DNA of 18,135 nt from a bacterium (GCA_044869275.1 JBIOXB010000183.1:1-18135), one strand, 5' to 3'. Positions 1 through 7,717 are shown, numbered from the stretch's first letter. Notes: generated by a model not told the origin, from the letters alone. Numbers and translations: made by a program.

Positions 1-10
1 CCTTCTCACT

Positions 11-85
11 CTGTCATCCCGAAACTTCGGGAGCTTCCCCGGGTTTGAGTGCAGGCCTGATGGGAAGATTCTTACAGAATGACAG
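11..85. repeat. REP-like palindromic element downstream of the glycyl radical enzyme gene
   Basis: Terminal inverted repeat CTGTCAT (11-17)/ATGACAG (79-85) with internal hairpin TCCCGAA-AC-TTCGGGA. It has the same TGTCAT...ATGACA ends as the REP at 2444-2745. Confidence 0.6.
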
Positions 86-127
86 TAATGGTGTCTTGTC
101 CTAACACACGAAATCAACGTTGCACTA

Positions 128-2368
128 TTAATGCAAGGTGCGGCTCAAGATTTCCAATTGCACGTCGCGCGAAAGCTCCACGAAGCGCGCGCTGAAGCCG
201 CCGACGCGCACAAAGAGATGCTGATATTTTTCCGGCTCGGCCAGGGCGCGCTCCAGCTCGTCGCGATTGACCACGGTAATCATGGCCTGCGCACCGCCTT
301 TTTCGAAATAAGTATCCAGCAAAGCACGCAACTTTGCCCGGGCATTGGTAAACAAATCCCGGCTGAATTTCATGTTCTGCACCGCGCCGGCATGAATCGC
401 GGGATTCGGTTTGACAATGGAATTCAAAAACGCCGTCGCGCCTTGGCGATCACTGCCGCCGCTTGGCGCGTTGCCGTTGGCCATGGGCTCGCCCGAAAGC
501 CGGCCATCGGCAGAGGCCGCGGTGTAATGGCCCATCAGCGTGTTGGCACTGTTGTTGATGACCACGACCAGATATGAATGCAGGCCCACGCGCTGGCGCT
601 GGCGGCGAACGGCATGGCAAACGTGGTTATGAACCTGCAACAGCATGTCATCGGCGCGCTCGTCATCGTTGCCGTATTTGGGGGCATTCAACATCAGCCG
701 CCGTTGCCGCGCGCAGTCCTCGAAATTCGCGTCGAGCGCTGCAAACACTTGCTCCGGCGACAGCACTTTCTGGTCGTACACCAGCTCCTTGATCGCCGTC
801 AGGCTGTCCGCAGTATTGGTGTTGCCGTAGGTTTCCAGCGTGCCTCCGAGGTATTTGATACCGCCGGAGAATATGCCCTTGCCGCGCACCAGGCAGTCAT
901 GATAAAGCATGCTCATGTACAAAAAGGGCGCGGTCTCGCCGGCAATTTTGTACGCGAGGACTTCTTGTTCTGCCATTATCTCAACGAAGAACTCGACTTG
1001 CTGCTGATACGCACGCCAAAGTTCGCCGAAAGACTCGAAGTCTTTGAACGCGCCCAGGGCCAGCCCCATCTTCTTTCCGGTGAGAGGATCAACGCCGTTA
1101 TGCAACGTCACTTCCAGCGCCTTGAGAAGATTGATCACGCCGCTGGGCGTTCCGAAGCTTTTGTGCTCGATAATGTATTCGCCGCAGCCGTAAGGAACGT
1201 ATTGCTCGGCCTCTGCGCGCTCGAGCGCAAACGCCTTCTCCACGGCCGGCACATTCACCTCATCGTTATAGAGCATCGGAAAAGTTCTGCCTGCGCCGAT
1301 CACCGCCAGAGCCTTTTCCATCAACGCGGGATTCATGCCGCGATGAAAGCGCAGAGAAAGCTGCGGCTCGATTTCATGAACGGTGCGCGTCGCTTCCATG
1401 GCCAACAGCGCAAACCGGTCCGCATTGGCTTCATTCGGCCGCCCCATGCCGCCGATGATTACGCGGCCATGTACCCGCGTCTTGCGCGCGGCCATCAGCC
1501 GCCACAAAGCTTGCAGGAGCGCCAGCGCTTCTGCTTCGGAGAACACACCGCGTTCGAGATCATGCGCATAAAAATCTCCCAAATAAACATCCATGCGGCC
1601 ATAGTTGCGCACGTCTGCCACCAGTGCATACAGCCAGAATAATTGCACGGCCTCACGCAAGGTCTGCGGTTTTGCTTGCGTGATGCCCTCGAGGGTTTGG
1701 GCTGTTTCCCGTAACTGCCGCACCCGCGATTCCTCTTTTGTGGACGCTGCCATTTCCCCTGCCTGCGCGGCGTAGTACATGCAAACCTCAACGAAGACTT
1801 CGAGGGCGATCCGCATCCCTTCATAAAGCTTTACGTCACCGCCATTGGCTGCAGCCACGCGGCGATGCCGTTCTACTTCATCAAACATGCCGGGAACACC
1901 CAAAGTCATCAGCTTGCCAAAATCGATGTTGCCGCCGGTCATGCGATAAAGCGGAAAAGCAATGCCCGATTCGCCCATCCAATTGTCAGAAGGCAGATGG
2001 CGGGCCATGCGGGCGGGATACGCTGCGCGCAACTTGCTCGAGGTATCTTCACCCTTCCAAAAGTCCAGCATCTCTTGTATCATTTTCCGCGGCGTTGCCT
2101 CGAGACTGGAATCTTGCAGTTCTTTCTCGATCTCTGTACTTTGACAGTAGTAACCGAACGCCGTCGGGCCCCATTCATCGGGACTGAATCCCACGAAGGC
2201 ATGCGCAAGCCGCCCGGCAAACAGATCGTGTTTTTCGATCTCAGCCAAAGTCTCCGGCAACTGCGCGCGCAGGCACATGGCCTCGCGCAGTGCCGGATGC
2301 TCGTGTTGATACTGGCGATAGGTCGCGGTGAATTTCAGCTCGCGCGCGAGTTTTTCATTTTTCAACAT
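128..2368 (-). CDS. Glycyl radical enzyme (PFL-like superfamily, single-Cys type), substrate unknown
   Basis: 746 aa. C-terminal glycyl loop LFVRVGGFSARF (Gly724) and Cys loop VPYGCGEY (Cys395, Glu397). GRE-typical segments YGRMDVYL, QLSLR, ASADGR. RBS AGAGGA upstream of the ATG. Confidence 0.93.
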   Translation of the reverse strand: MLKNEKLARELKFTATYRQYQHEHPALREAMCLRAQLPETLAEIEKHDLFAGRLAHAFVGFSPDEWGPTAFGYYCQSTEIEKELQDSSLEATPRKMIQEMLDFWKGEDTSSKLRAAYPARMARHLPSDNWMGESGIAFPLYRMTGGNIDFGKLMTLGVPGMFDEVERHRRVAAANGGDVKLYEGMRIALEVFVEVCMYYAAQAGEMAASTKEESRVRQLRETAQTLEGITQAKPQTLREAVQLFWLYALVADVRNYGRMDVYLGDFYAHDLERGVFSEAEALALLQALWRLMAARKTRVHGRVIIGGMGRPNEANADRFALLAMEATRTVHEIEPQLSLRFHRGMNPALMEKALAVIGAGRTFPMLYNDEVNVPAVEKAFALERAEAEQYVPYGCGEYIIEHKSFGTPSGVINLLKALEVTLHNGVDPLTGKKMGLALGAFKDFESFGELWRAYQQQVEFFVEIMAEQEVLAYKIAGETAPFLYMSMLYHDCLVRGKGIFSGGIKYLGGTLETYGNTNTADSLTAIKELVYDQKVLSPEQVFAALDANFEDCARQRRLMLNAPKYGNDDERADDMLLQVHNHVCHAVRRQRQRVGLHSYLVVVINNSANTLMGHYTAASADGRLSGEPMANGNAPSGGSDRQGATAFLNSIVKPNPAIHAGAVQNMKFSRDLFTNARAKLRALLDTYFEKGGAQAMITVVNRDELERALAEPEKYQHLFVRVGGFSARFVELSRDVQLEILSRTLH

Positions 2369-2457
2369 GTTTTCCTCTGTGTGTCTTTGTGTAGTTCTTC
2401 TCCTTATAGCAGGTTAGTGAAATACTCACCAATAACCCACAATTGTCATTCCCGCGA

Positions 2458-2682
2458 GAACGCAAAAGTGTCAGCCTAAGGCTGTGGAAGAGATGAACCA
2501 CTTGCCCCGAAGGGGCAAAATAAGACAAGCCCAGGGCAACGCCCTGGGTAAGCGCGAATCACAACGTTTCTTTAGCCCTGAAAGGGCGAAAGAAGGTGTG
2601 ATGAAACTAGTTGACGATCCCAAGCCTCTCCATTTCGCCCCTTGGGGCTTTTGGCATCCAAACCCTCAGGTTGACGCCTATG
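2458..2682. mobile_element. 225-bp non-coding insertion inside the REP arm
   Basis: Flanked by the direct repeat CGCGA (2453-2457, 2683-2687). Imperfect near-terminal inverted repeats CGCAAAAGTGTCAGCCTAAGG (2461-2481) and CCTCAGGTTGACGCCTATGCG (2664-2684) match at 16/21. Confidence 0.7.
2502..2649. repeat. Cluster of GC-rich GCCC...GGGC REP-like hairpins
   Basis: TTGCCCC-GAA-GGGGCAA (2502-2518), CCCAGGGC-AAC-GCCCTGGG (2530-2548), GCCCT-GAA-AGGGC (2575-2587) and GCCCC-TT-GGGGC (2637-2648). The last two also form a mutual inverted repeat (2574-2591/2633-2649). Confidence 0.8.
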
Positions 2683-2846
2683 CGCGAAAGCGGGAATCCA
2701 TGATTTCATTCGGTTTTCTGGATACCCGCTTTCGCGGGTATGACATCAAAAAGAGTTTTTCAGCATCCTGTTCACTTTCCAAGTTTTTGCAGAATCAGCC
2801 AGCGTCAAACTATGCAGTATTTAATGTAGCATTCGTTCACGAATAA

Positions 2847-2916
2847 TCTTGTTCTGCATTGACGAATTTAAAGCGCTTCAGCGTCTCGCCCAAACAGTTT
2901 CGCTTGCAGAACAAGA
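2847..2916. repeat. Perfect 12-bp inverted repeat with 46-nt spacer
   Basis: TCTTGTTCTGCA (2847-2858) / TGCAGAACAAGA (2905-2916). Confidence 0.7.
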
Positions 2917-2930
2917 GAACCGCAATTCCA

Positions 2931-2978
2931 TAGCCCAGTCTGCCGGCTTGCTGGCTCCGGCCGGGCGAGCTGGGTTAC
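2931..2978. repeat. GC-rich imperfect hairpin overlapping the GH2 stop codon
   Basis: TAGCCCAG (2931-2938)/CTGGGTTA (2970-2977) ends enclosing GCCGGC-rich stems. No U-tract on the minus strand. Confidence 0.55.
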
Positions 2979-5749
2979 AGTCTCAATTTCGGCGCGCATT
3001 GCGGGCTGACTGCATATTTCACCAGTTCATTGAACAGCACCGCGGCAAAAGGGTCGTGCGCGAAGTGTTCCGCAATGCGCAACGTGCACAATATCAGCTT
3101 GCCCTTGCCGACGTTCATTTGCAGCACGTAGGCCGAGTTCAAATGCAGCCAGCCGACATACATTCCGGCAAGAACATCGGAAAAATTCGCCGCCGGCACG
3201 CCAGTGATGACGGCTTTCGGCGCCACGTGAAGGGATTCAAAACCCAAGAACTTTCCGAAGCTGAGGTCGCGAAACGGCGGGCGATCCTTGCGCACCCAAT
3301 TGAGATTCGAAGCCCAATTGCCGTCGTACCATTCCGCCTCGCGGCTGGTCAGCGCCCACGGAAAAGCCGCAGGCAATTTCGTGAGGCTGTCAACCAAACA
3401 AACAGCTGTTTCGCCGCTTTCCAATCGTCGCAGGATTTCTTCATCAAGCACATTGGTCACGAGCGTGACGGTTTGCTCGGACGAGTTTTTCACGAGAATG
3501 CCTGCGGCGTGAACGGCCTTTACAAATTTACCGAGCGTCATTGCCGGATCATGAATGCGAATCGCAGCCGGCGCCGAGATTCTGGGATAGACAAAGACTT
3601 CCGTATGATTCTGTGCCAGCAGCTTGCCCTCTGCCGTCGTGAGTTGGAGTTGAATGCGTACGAGTTGCGGCGCAGCGGTTTCAGGCAACGCCAAGCGCAG
3701 CGGTGCAAAGTTCTTGACTGCGGTACGCGCCGTTGCTGGAACTGCGATATCACCAGCCGCGCCGAAAGACGCCTGCCAGCGCAGCTTCGCTTCTTTGATT
3801 TCCTCGGCGCTGAAATGTGAGAGCCAAAGTTCGATCACGGCATGGTCATTCGCCCAATAATTGTATCGCTCCGGCCGGCCGATGATCACATCTTGCTGCT
3901 GAATATGGCCGAGATCCTCGGCATAGATTTTCAAATTACGCCACATATCCAGCAAGCCGTTGCATTCCCAATTGATGTCGGTGAACTCGGTGACGACATA
4001 GCCTTGAATTTCCGGCGCGAGGCGAATTTGCTCGATCTCATACTTCAGCGCCACGAACTGCACACGCTGGCTCTCCTCCGCCAGCTGGTTGTAGCTCGCA
4101 AAAATCTCGTCATAGTGAAAGTCTTTGAAGCGCTGCTGCACGCCTTGGGGCAGCGTTACTTGCCTGCCGCCGAAATCGCGCTCGAACCACCACGGCAATT
4201 GATCGGGGAGTATCGGCAAGCCCCAATTGCCGAACTCTGAAAGCAACAACGGCTCCTTGCCGGTTTCTTGCGCATCGCCAAACTCACTGAACAGCCACTT
4301 GGGGCGGCTGGCAATGTCGGCCACGGCTTGATCAAAACGCTGGTGATTTTCAGGAATCGCCCAATAGGTGTGATAGTCATTGAGGTCGGTCTTCAGGTGG
4401 AAGCTGCCGCAGCACGGGCTGTTGTCCACAATGAGGCGGCCAGTCGCTAGCTGCTTGGCGCGATCGAATGCCGAGAGCAGCCATTGGCGCTGCTCCGCCT
4501 GCTTCAGGTCCATTCCCCAACTTTCATTGATGAGACTGATCATGACGAGCGCGGGATGATTCCAATCGCGCGCGAGCATTGCCTTCAGTGTTTCTTCACC
4601 ACGCCGCGCGGCCTCCGGTGTGAACTTGTCCCAGTTGGGAATTTCATACCACACCAGCATTCCGACTTCATCGGCCACTTTCAAGTAGCGCGGATCCGGA
4701 ACTTTGATGTGGCAGCGCAGCGTGTTCAAGCCGATTTTTTTCGCTTTCAGCATCTCGTCGCGCAGGTATTCTTCCGAGGGCGTCGTGTAAATCGTCTCCG
4801 GATAAAAGTCCTGGTCGAGTGCGCCCATCAAATAAAGCGGCTCGCCGTTAAAGTAGAGCATTTTGTCTTTCGCCTCGAGGGCACGAAAGCCAAAGCGCTC
4901 GACGACTTTGTGGTTTTTGCCCAGCAACAATTCCGCCTCATAAAGCTGCGGCGAGTCAAAACTCCACAGCATTGGATTTTGAACCTGGGCCTCGAACTGG
5001 ACTTTCTCCTCCGACGACAAAATCATTTTGGCAGTCTGCAGCACCTCGCGTTTTTGCGGATCGAGAATTCGCAGTGAGAGTTGTTCCTTTGATTTCCGGT
5101 TTTCTCCCAGGCTCAAATTCACAGAGACAGAAATTTTGCCGTCCATCGCAGGAGTGAGATGAACTTGCATGAGGTGGCGCTTCGGCTTGATGCTGACATT
5201 CACACTTTGCCACAGGCCACTGGTTTGCACATACCAATTCTGCTTGCCGTGCGGAATGTGCCAATAGCTGATGCCCTCTGTCCCCGTTTCCGAGCCGGCC
5301 GGGTCCATGACCCGCACGATGATCTCATTCTCGCCCATTTTCACCCATTGCCGCATATCGAAAGCAAAAGGCGTGTAGCCGCCTTCGTGCTTGCCCACGC
5401 GCCGGCCATTCACAAAAACTTCGGCGGCATAATCCACCGCGCCAAATTCGATGAGCACGGTTTCCTCGGCTTTGAGCTTGGGGAGAACGAATGATCTGCG
5501 ATACCAGGCCACGCCTTGATAGTCGCGCAAATCGGCAAATTGCGCCTGCCATGAAAGCGGAACTTTTGCCGCGCGCCAGCTCGCTTGCTCGCGAACATTG
5601 TCGATGCGGAAGGCGGCGGTGCTGTCAACGGCGAATTGCCAATCGCCCTCAAGCGAAATGGTTTGAGCAGAAGCAATCGAAGTGGCGGTAACGCCGGCTG
5701 CCAGTCTGCAAACCGAGCTGAAGATCATTGCCATGAGAGGTTTTGTCAT
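2975..5749 (-). CDS. Secreted glycoside hydrolase family 2 protein (beta-galactosidase/glucuronidase-like)
   Basis: GH2 motifs FGAVDY, HEGGYTPF, SGLWQSV, NTLRCHIK, RDWNHPALVMISLINESWG (acid/base Glu) and LLLSEFG (nucleophile). Start moved to ATG 5749 (GGGAG RBS; signal-peptide-like N-terminus ending ASA-Q). 924 aa. Confidence 0.9.
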   Translation of the reverse strand: MTKPLMAMIFSSVCRLAAGVTATSIASAQTISLEGDWQFAVDSTAAFRIDNVREQASWRAAKVPLSWQAQFADLRDYQGVAWYRRSFVLPKLKAEETVLIEFGAVDYAAEVFVNGRRVGKHEGGYTPFAFDMRQWVKMGENEIIVRVMDPAGSETGTEGISYWHIPHGKQNWYVQTSGLWQSVNVSIKPKRHLMQVHLTPAMDGKISVSVNLSLGENRKSKEQLSLRILDPQKREVLQTAKMILSSEEKVQFEAQVQNPMLWSFDSPQLYEAELLLGKNHKVVERFGFRALEAKDKMLYFNGEPLYLMGALDQDFYPETIYTTPSEEYLRDEMLKAKKIGLNTLRCHIKVPDPRYLKVADEVGMLVWYEIPNWDKFTPEAARRGEETLKAMLARDWNHPALVMISLINESWGMDLKQAEQRQWLLSAFDRAKQLATGRLIVDNSPCCGSFHLKTDLNDYHTYWAIPENHQRFDQAVADIASRPKWLFSEFGDAQETGKEPLLLSEFGNWGLPILPDQLPWWFERDFGGRQVTLPQGVQQRFKDFHYDEIFASYNQLAEESQRVQFVALKYEIEQIRLAPEIQGYVVTEFTDINWECNGLLDMWRNLKIYAEDLGHIQQQDVIIGRPERYNYWANDHAVIELWLSHFSAEEIKEAKLRWQASFGAAGDIAVPATARTAVKNFAPLRLALPETAAPQLVRIQLQLTTAEGKLLAQNHTEVFVYPRISAPAAIRIHDPAMTLGKFVKAVHAAGILVKNSSEQTVTLVTNVLDEEILRRLESGETAVCLVDSLTKLPAAFPWALTSREAEWYDGNWASNLNWVRKDRPPFRDLSFGKFLGFESLHVAPKAVITGVPAANFSDVLAGMYVGWLHLNSAYVLQMNVGKGKLILCTLRIAEHFAHDPFAAVLFNELVKYAVSPQCAPKLRL

Positions 5750-5759
5750 GGTTGCTCCC

Positions 5760-5811
5760 GTAACCCAGCCGGCACGACTGGAGATCGTGCCAGTGCAGTG
5801 CACCGGGTTAG
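5760..5811. repeat. Hairpin element immediately upstream of the GH2 RBS
   Basis: Outer TAACCC (5761-5766)/GGGTTA (5805-5810) and inner GGCACGA (5771-5777)/TCGTGCC (5785-5791). Confidence 0.55.
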
Positions 5812-5904
5812 TACTACAACGTTATGTCAACGCCACCACTAGGCTTGTCATGCTGAAAGCATCTTCCCAAGCACTAGTACACTGTTACCTTACGTTGTAA
5901 TATT

Positions 5905-6055
5905 TAGCTTGACACTGTTAAGTTGGGCTGCTTTAACCGCAAAGGCCGCCAAGATCACGCAAAGGTCGCAAAGTTCAACCCACAGTTCATCTAATTCTTG
6001 GCGCACTTTGCGCCTTCTTTGCGAGCTTTGCGGTTAAGTTAACATTGTCAAGTTA
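5905..6055. mobile_element. MITE-like inverted-repeat shell enclosing a CGCAAAG palindromic array
   Basis: TAGCTTGACACTGTTAAGTT (5905-5924) versus the reverse complement of AAGTTAACATTGTCAAGTTA (6036-6055): 17/20 identical. Confidence 0.55.
5933..6037. repeat. Palindromic array of CGCAAAG units
   Basis: Perfect TTAACCGCAAAG (5933-5944)/CTTTGCGGTTAA (6026-6037). Four CGC(A/C)AAG units at 5938, 5947, 5958, 5967 are mirrored by four CTT(T/G)GCG units at 5997, 6006, 6017, 6026, with 9/11/9 spacing on both arms. Confidence 0.9.
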
Positions 6056-6058
6056 GGT

Positions 6059-6673
6059 TTACTCGCGATCATGCGTATGACGCCACAAATGTCCCAAACG
6101 CTTTTGCCCATGCAGCGTGGTTTCAAAATAGATGCCTTTAACGGTGGCAAACACTTGGGGAAAGTCATGATGATGCCCATGCGCAGTGGCGACACAATCG
6201 CCGGCGCCGGCTTCATAGAACTCGCCCTCGGAGACCGCCAAACCCTTTCCTTCATAGATGATCCAATACTCATCACAATCATGATAATGATTGTCGAAAT
6301 TGGTCGTGCGAGCATAGCTCGTCGGGTCGCCGAGGTTTTGAGGAAGATCGCTGTTGTCCAGCGTGAACACGCCGCAGCCGCCGGTCTCCTCGCCCCAGTG
6401 TCCGCACACACGCACGAGCACGGTTGGAGATAGAACTTCTTTCACCTCGAACGGCTCCAGTGTCGCGGCAAGGTCAACGACATCTCCTTGCTGCGCTGTG
6501 ATCTTGCAATTCCCGCTTGTGATGCGACAGTGCCCTTGGCCGACAAAGAGCTTTTCTTTCGTGGCAACGCGCTCAAAGGAATGCGTATTTCCCTCGTACA
6601 ATCTGACGATGTCGAAGAACTCCATTTCGCACCAAGAGGGCGCCAAGTTCTTACCGCTTTTGAAAACCGGCAT
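6059..6673 (-). CDS. Cupin-domain protein (degenerate N-terminal cupin plus metal-binding C-terminal cupin)
   Basis: 204 aa. Cupin motif 1 HYHDCDEYWIIYEGKG and motif 2 GDCVATAHGHHHD. The N-half has a cupin-like segment (EKLFVGQG...AQQGDVV) without His ligands. Lies 17 nt after the SDR gene. Confidence 0.8.
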   Translation of the reverse strand: MPVFKSGKNLAPSWCEMEFFDIVRLYEGNTHSFERVATKEKLFVGQGHCRITSGNCKITAQQGDVVDLAATLEPFEVKEVLSPTVLVRVCGHWGEETGGCGVFTLDNSDLPQNLGDPTSYARTTNFDNHYHDCDEYWIIYEGKGLAVSEGEFYEAGAGDCVATAHGHHHDFPQVFATVKGIYFETTLHGQKRLGHLWRHTHDRE

Positions 6674-6690
6674 GTGACTTATCCGTTTTA

Positions 6691-7698
6691 CTAGAGCCGC
6701 TTAATGAACTCCAATTCATCTGCGCGGCGCTCGTAGCCATTCGAATGGCCGCGATAGTTCTTAAGGAACCAGGAAATCGTCATGGGCATCCACTCTTTGA
6801 AAGGTGTGGAATGGTAAAGCACCTCGTTCTTGATTTTATCTAAACTGAAAATGGCCGTGCGCCGTGTGTTGAATGGGAACACGTCGCCATGCGGATGCGC
6901 GCTGAATGAGAGCCGGTCAAAGATTTCCTGAGGCACGTGGCAGAATCCGGGGTCACGATCGAGCAGACGGCATAGCGCTTTCAAATAATCGTTGAGCGAG
7001 AAGATTTCGTCCGCCGCAACATTGTAGGCCTTCCCCATCGAGGCTGAAAACAACGGCAGCTTGGCAAAGGCGCGCGCCACGTCTTCGACATAAACTTGTT
7101 GAAAAGCAAAATCGCCGCTGCCCGGAATCAAGAGTGGTTTACCCTCCAAGATTCTTTCAATCCAAAAGAAATCGCGCCGGGAGGGATCATGGGGGCCGCT
7201 GACAAACGTTGGCCGCAACACGGTTACCGGAAACAGTTTCTCGTCGTGGGCTTGCCATATAACCGCTTCACATTGGCGCTTCTTGATGCCATACTCCATG
7301 CCAAACGGATTGCGCGGCCAGAATTCCATGGGCGGCGCTTGGTCTTGATCTTCAGTGATGGGGCATTGCAGCTCATGCGACACCATGTAAACCGAAATCG
7401 TGCTGCAATGAATGAATCGCCCAACCTTGCCTCGAAAGAGTTTAACCGCCGTTGCCGACTCTTCCGGCTCGTAAGCGATCATGTCATAAACGACATCGAA
7501 AGTGCGCTGGCCCAGCGCATTTCGCAACGAAACCTCGTTGCGCCGGTCGCCGTGCAGAACCTCTAATTTCTTGTCCGGTGCGAGCGAATGGGCGCTTTTG
7601 CCGCGCGTGAAGATCGTGACGTGTTCTCCAGACGCGACAAGGAGCTGCGCCAGGCGGCTGCTAATGAAGCCGGTTCCGCCGAGAATTAAGATGTTCAT
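6691..7698 (-). CDS. NAD-dependent epimerase/dehydratase family protein (extended/atypical SDR)
   Basis: 335 aa. N-terminal Rossmann motif ILILGGTGFIS, catalytic-type YGIKK (YxxxK), LRPTFVSGP, VYVEDVA and YNV. Confidence 0.9.
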   Translation of the reverse strand: MNILILGGTGFISSRLAQLLVASGEHVTIFTRGKSAHSLAPDKKLEVLHGDRRNEVSLRNALGQRTFDVVYDMIAYEPEESATAVKLFRGKVGRFIHCSTISVYMVSHELQCPITEDQDQAPPMEFWPRNPFGMEYGIKKRQCEAVIWQAHDEKLFPVTVLRPTFVSGPHDPSRRDFFWIERILEGKPLLIPGSGDFAFQQVYVEDVARAFAKLPLFSASMGKAYNVAADEIFSLNDYLKALCRLLDRDPGFCHVPQEIFDRLSFSAHPHGDVFPFNTRRTAIFSLDKIKNEVLYHSTPFKEWMPMTISWFLKNYRGHSNGYERRADELEFIKRL

Positions 7699-7717
7699 AG
7701 CGCATTCCGGTGTTGTT

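Larger units (their letters stand above)
2444..2745. repeat. REP doublet (TGTCATTCCCGCGAAAGCGGGAATCCA type) with an interrupted left arm
   Basis: The right arm TGGATACCCGCTTTCGCGGGTATGACA (2719-2745) is intact. Joining 2444-2457 to 2688-2700 rebuilds TGTCATTCCCGCGAAAGCGGGAATCCA, which is 25/27 identical to the reverse complement of the right arm. Confidence 0.85.
2408..2772. mobile_element. MITE-like element with imperfect 20-bp terminal inverted repeats enclosing nested REP elements
   Basis: AGCAGGTTAGTGAAATACTC (2408-2427) versus the reverse complement of GAGTTTTTCAGCATCCTGTT (2753-2772): 15/20 identical. No transposase ORF inside. Confidence 0.55.

Noticed and set aside
578..1642. 354-aa plus-strand ORF (likewise 2849-3820, 11162-12370 and 16178-17368)
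   Set aside because: Antisense shadows of well-supported minus-strand genes with no recognisable motifs. These are expected from codon bias.
128..2368. Calling the gene pflB (pyruvate formate-lyase)
   Set aside because: It lacks the adjacent Cys-Cys pair of PFL and has C-x-E instead.
2484..2846. 120-aa plus-strand ORF in the GRE-GH2 spacer
   Set aside because: It runs across several nested repeat layers and has no transposase or other motif.
5750..5803. Longer N-termini given by the ORF track (also 9423-9443, 10979-11011, 12770-12796, 13087-13170 and 17429-17503)
   Set aside because: The extensions run through hairpins, repeats or neighbouring genes. The downstream starts have RBSs, stop/start overlaps or proper signal peptides.
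5757..5813. Integron attC-like reading of the hairpins flanking GH2 (TAAC...GTTA on the minus strand)
   Set aside because: No convincing L boxes, the downstream hairpin lacks the GTT core, and there is no integrase or cassette array.
5847..5864. Short TGTCATGCTGAAAGCATC hairpin
   Set aside because: Only a 5-bp stem. It may be a REP remnant, but it is too short to support as a feature.
5825..5937. Two TTGACA hexamers (minus strand 5825-5830, plus strand 5909-5914) as sigma70 promoters
   Set aside because: Neither has a good -10 box at 16-18 nt. The plus-strand one is part of an inverted-repeat end and points antisense to the locus.
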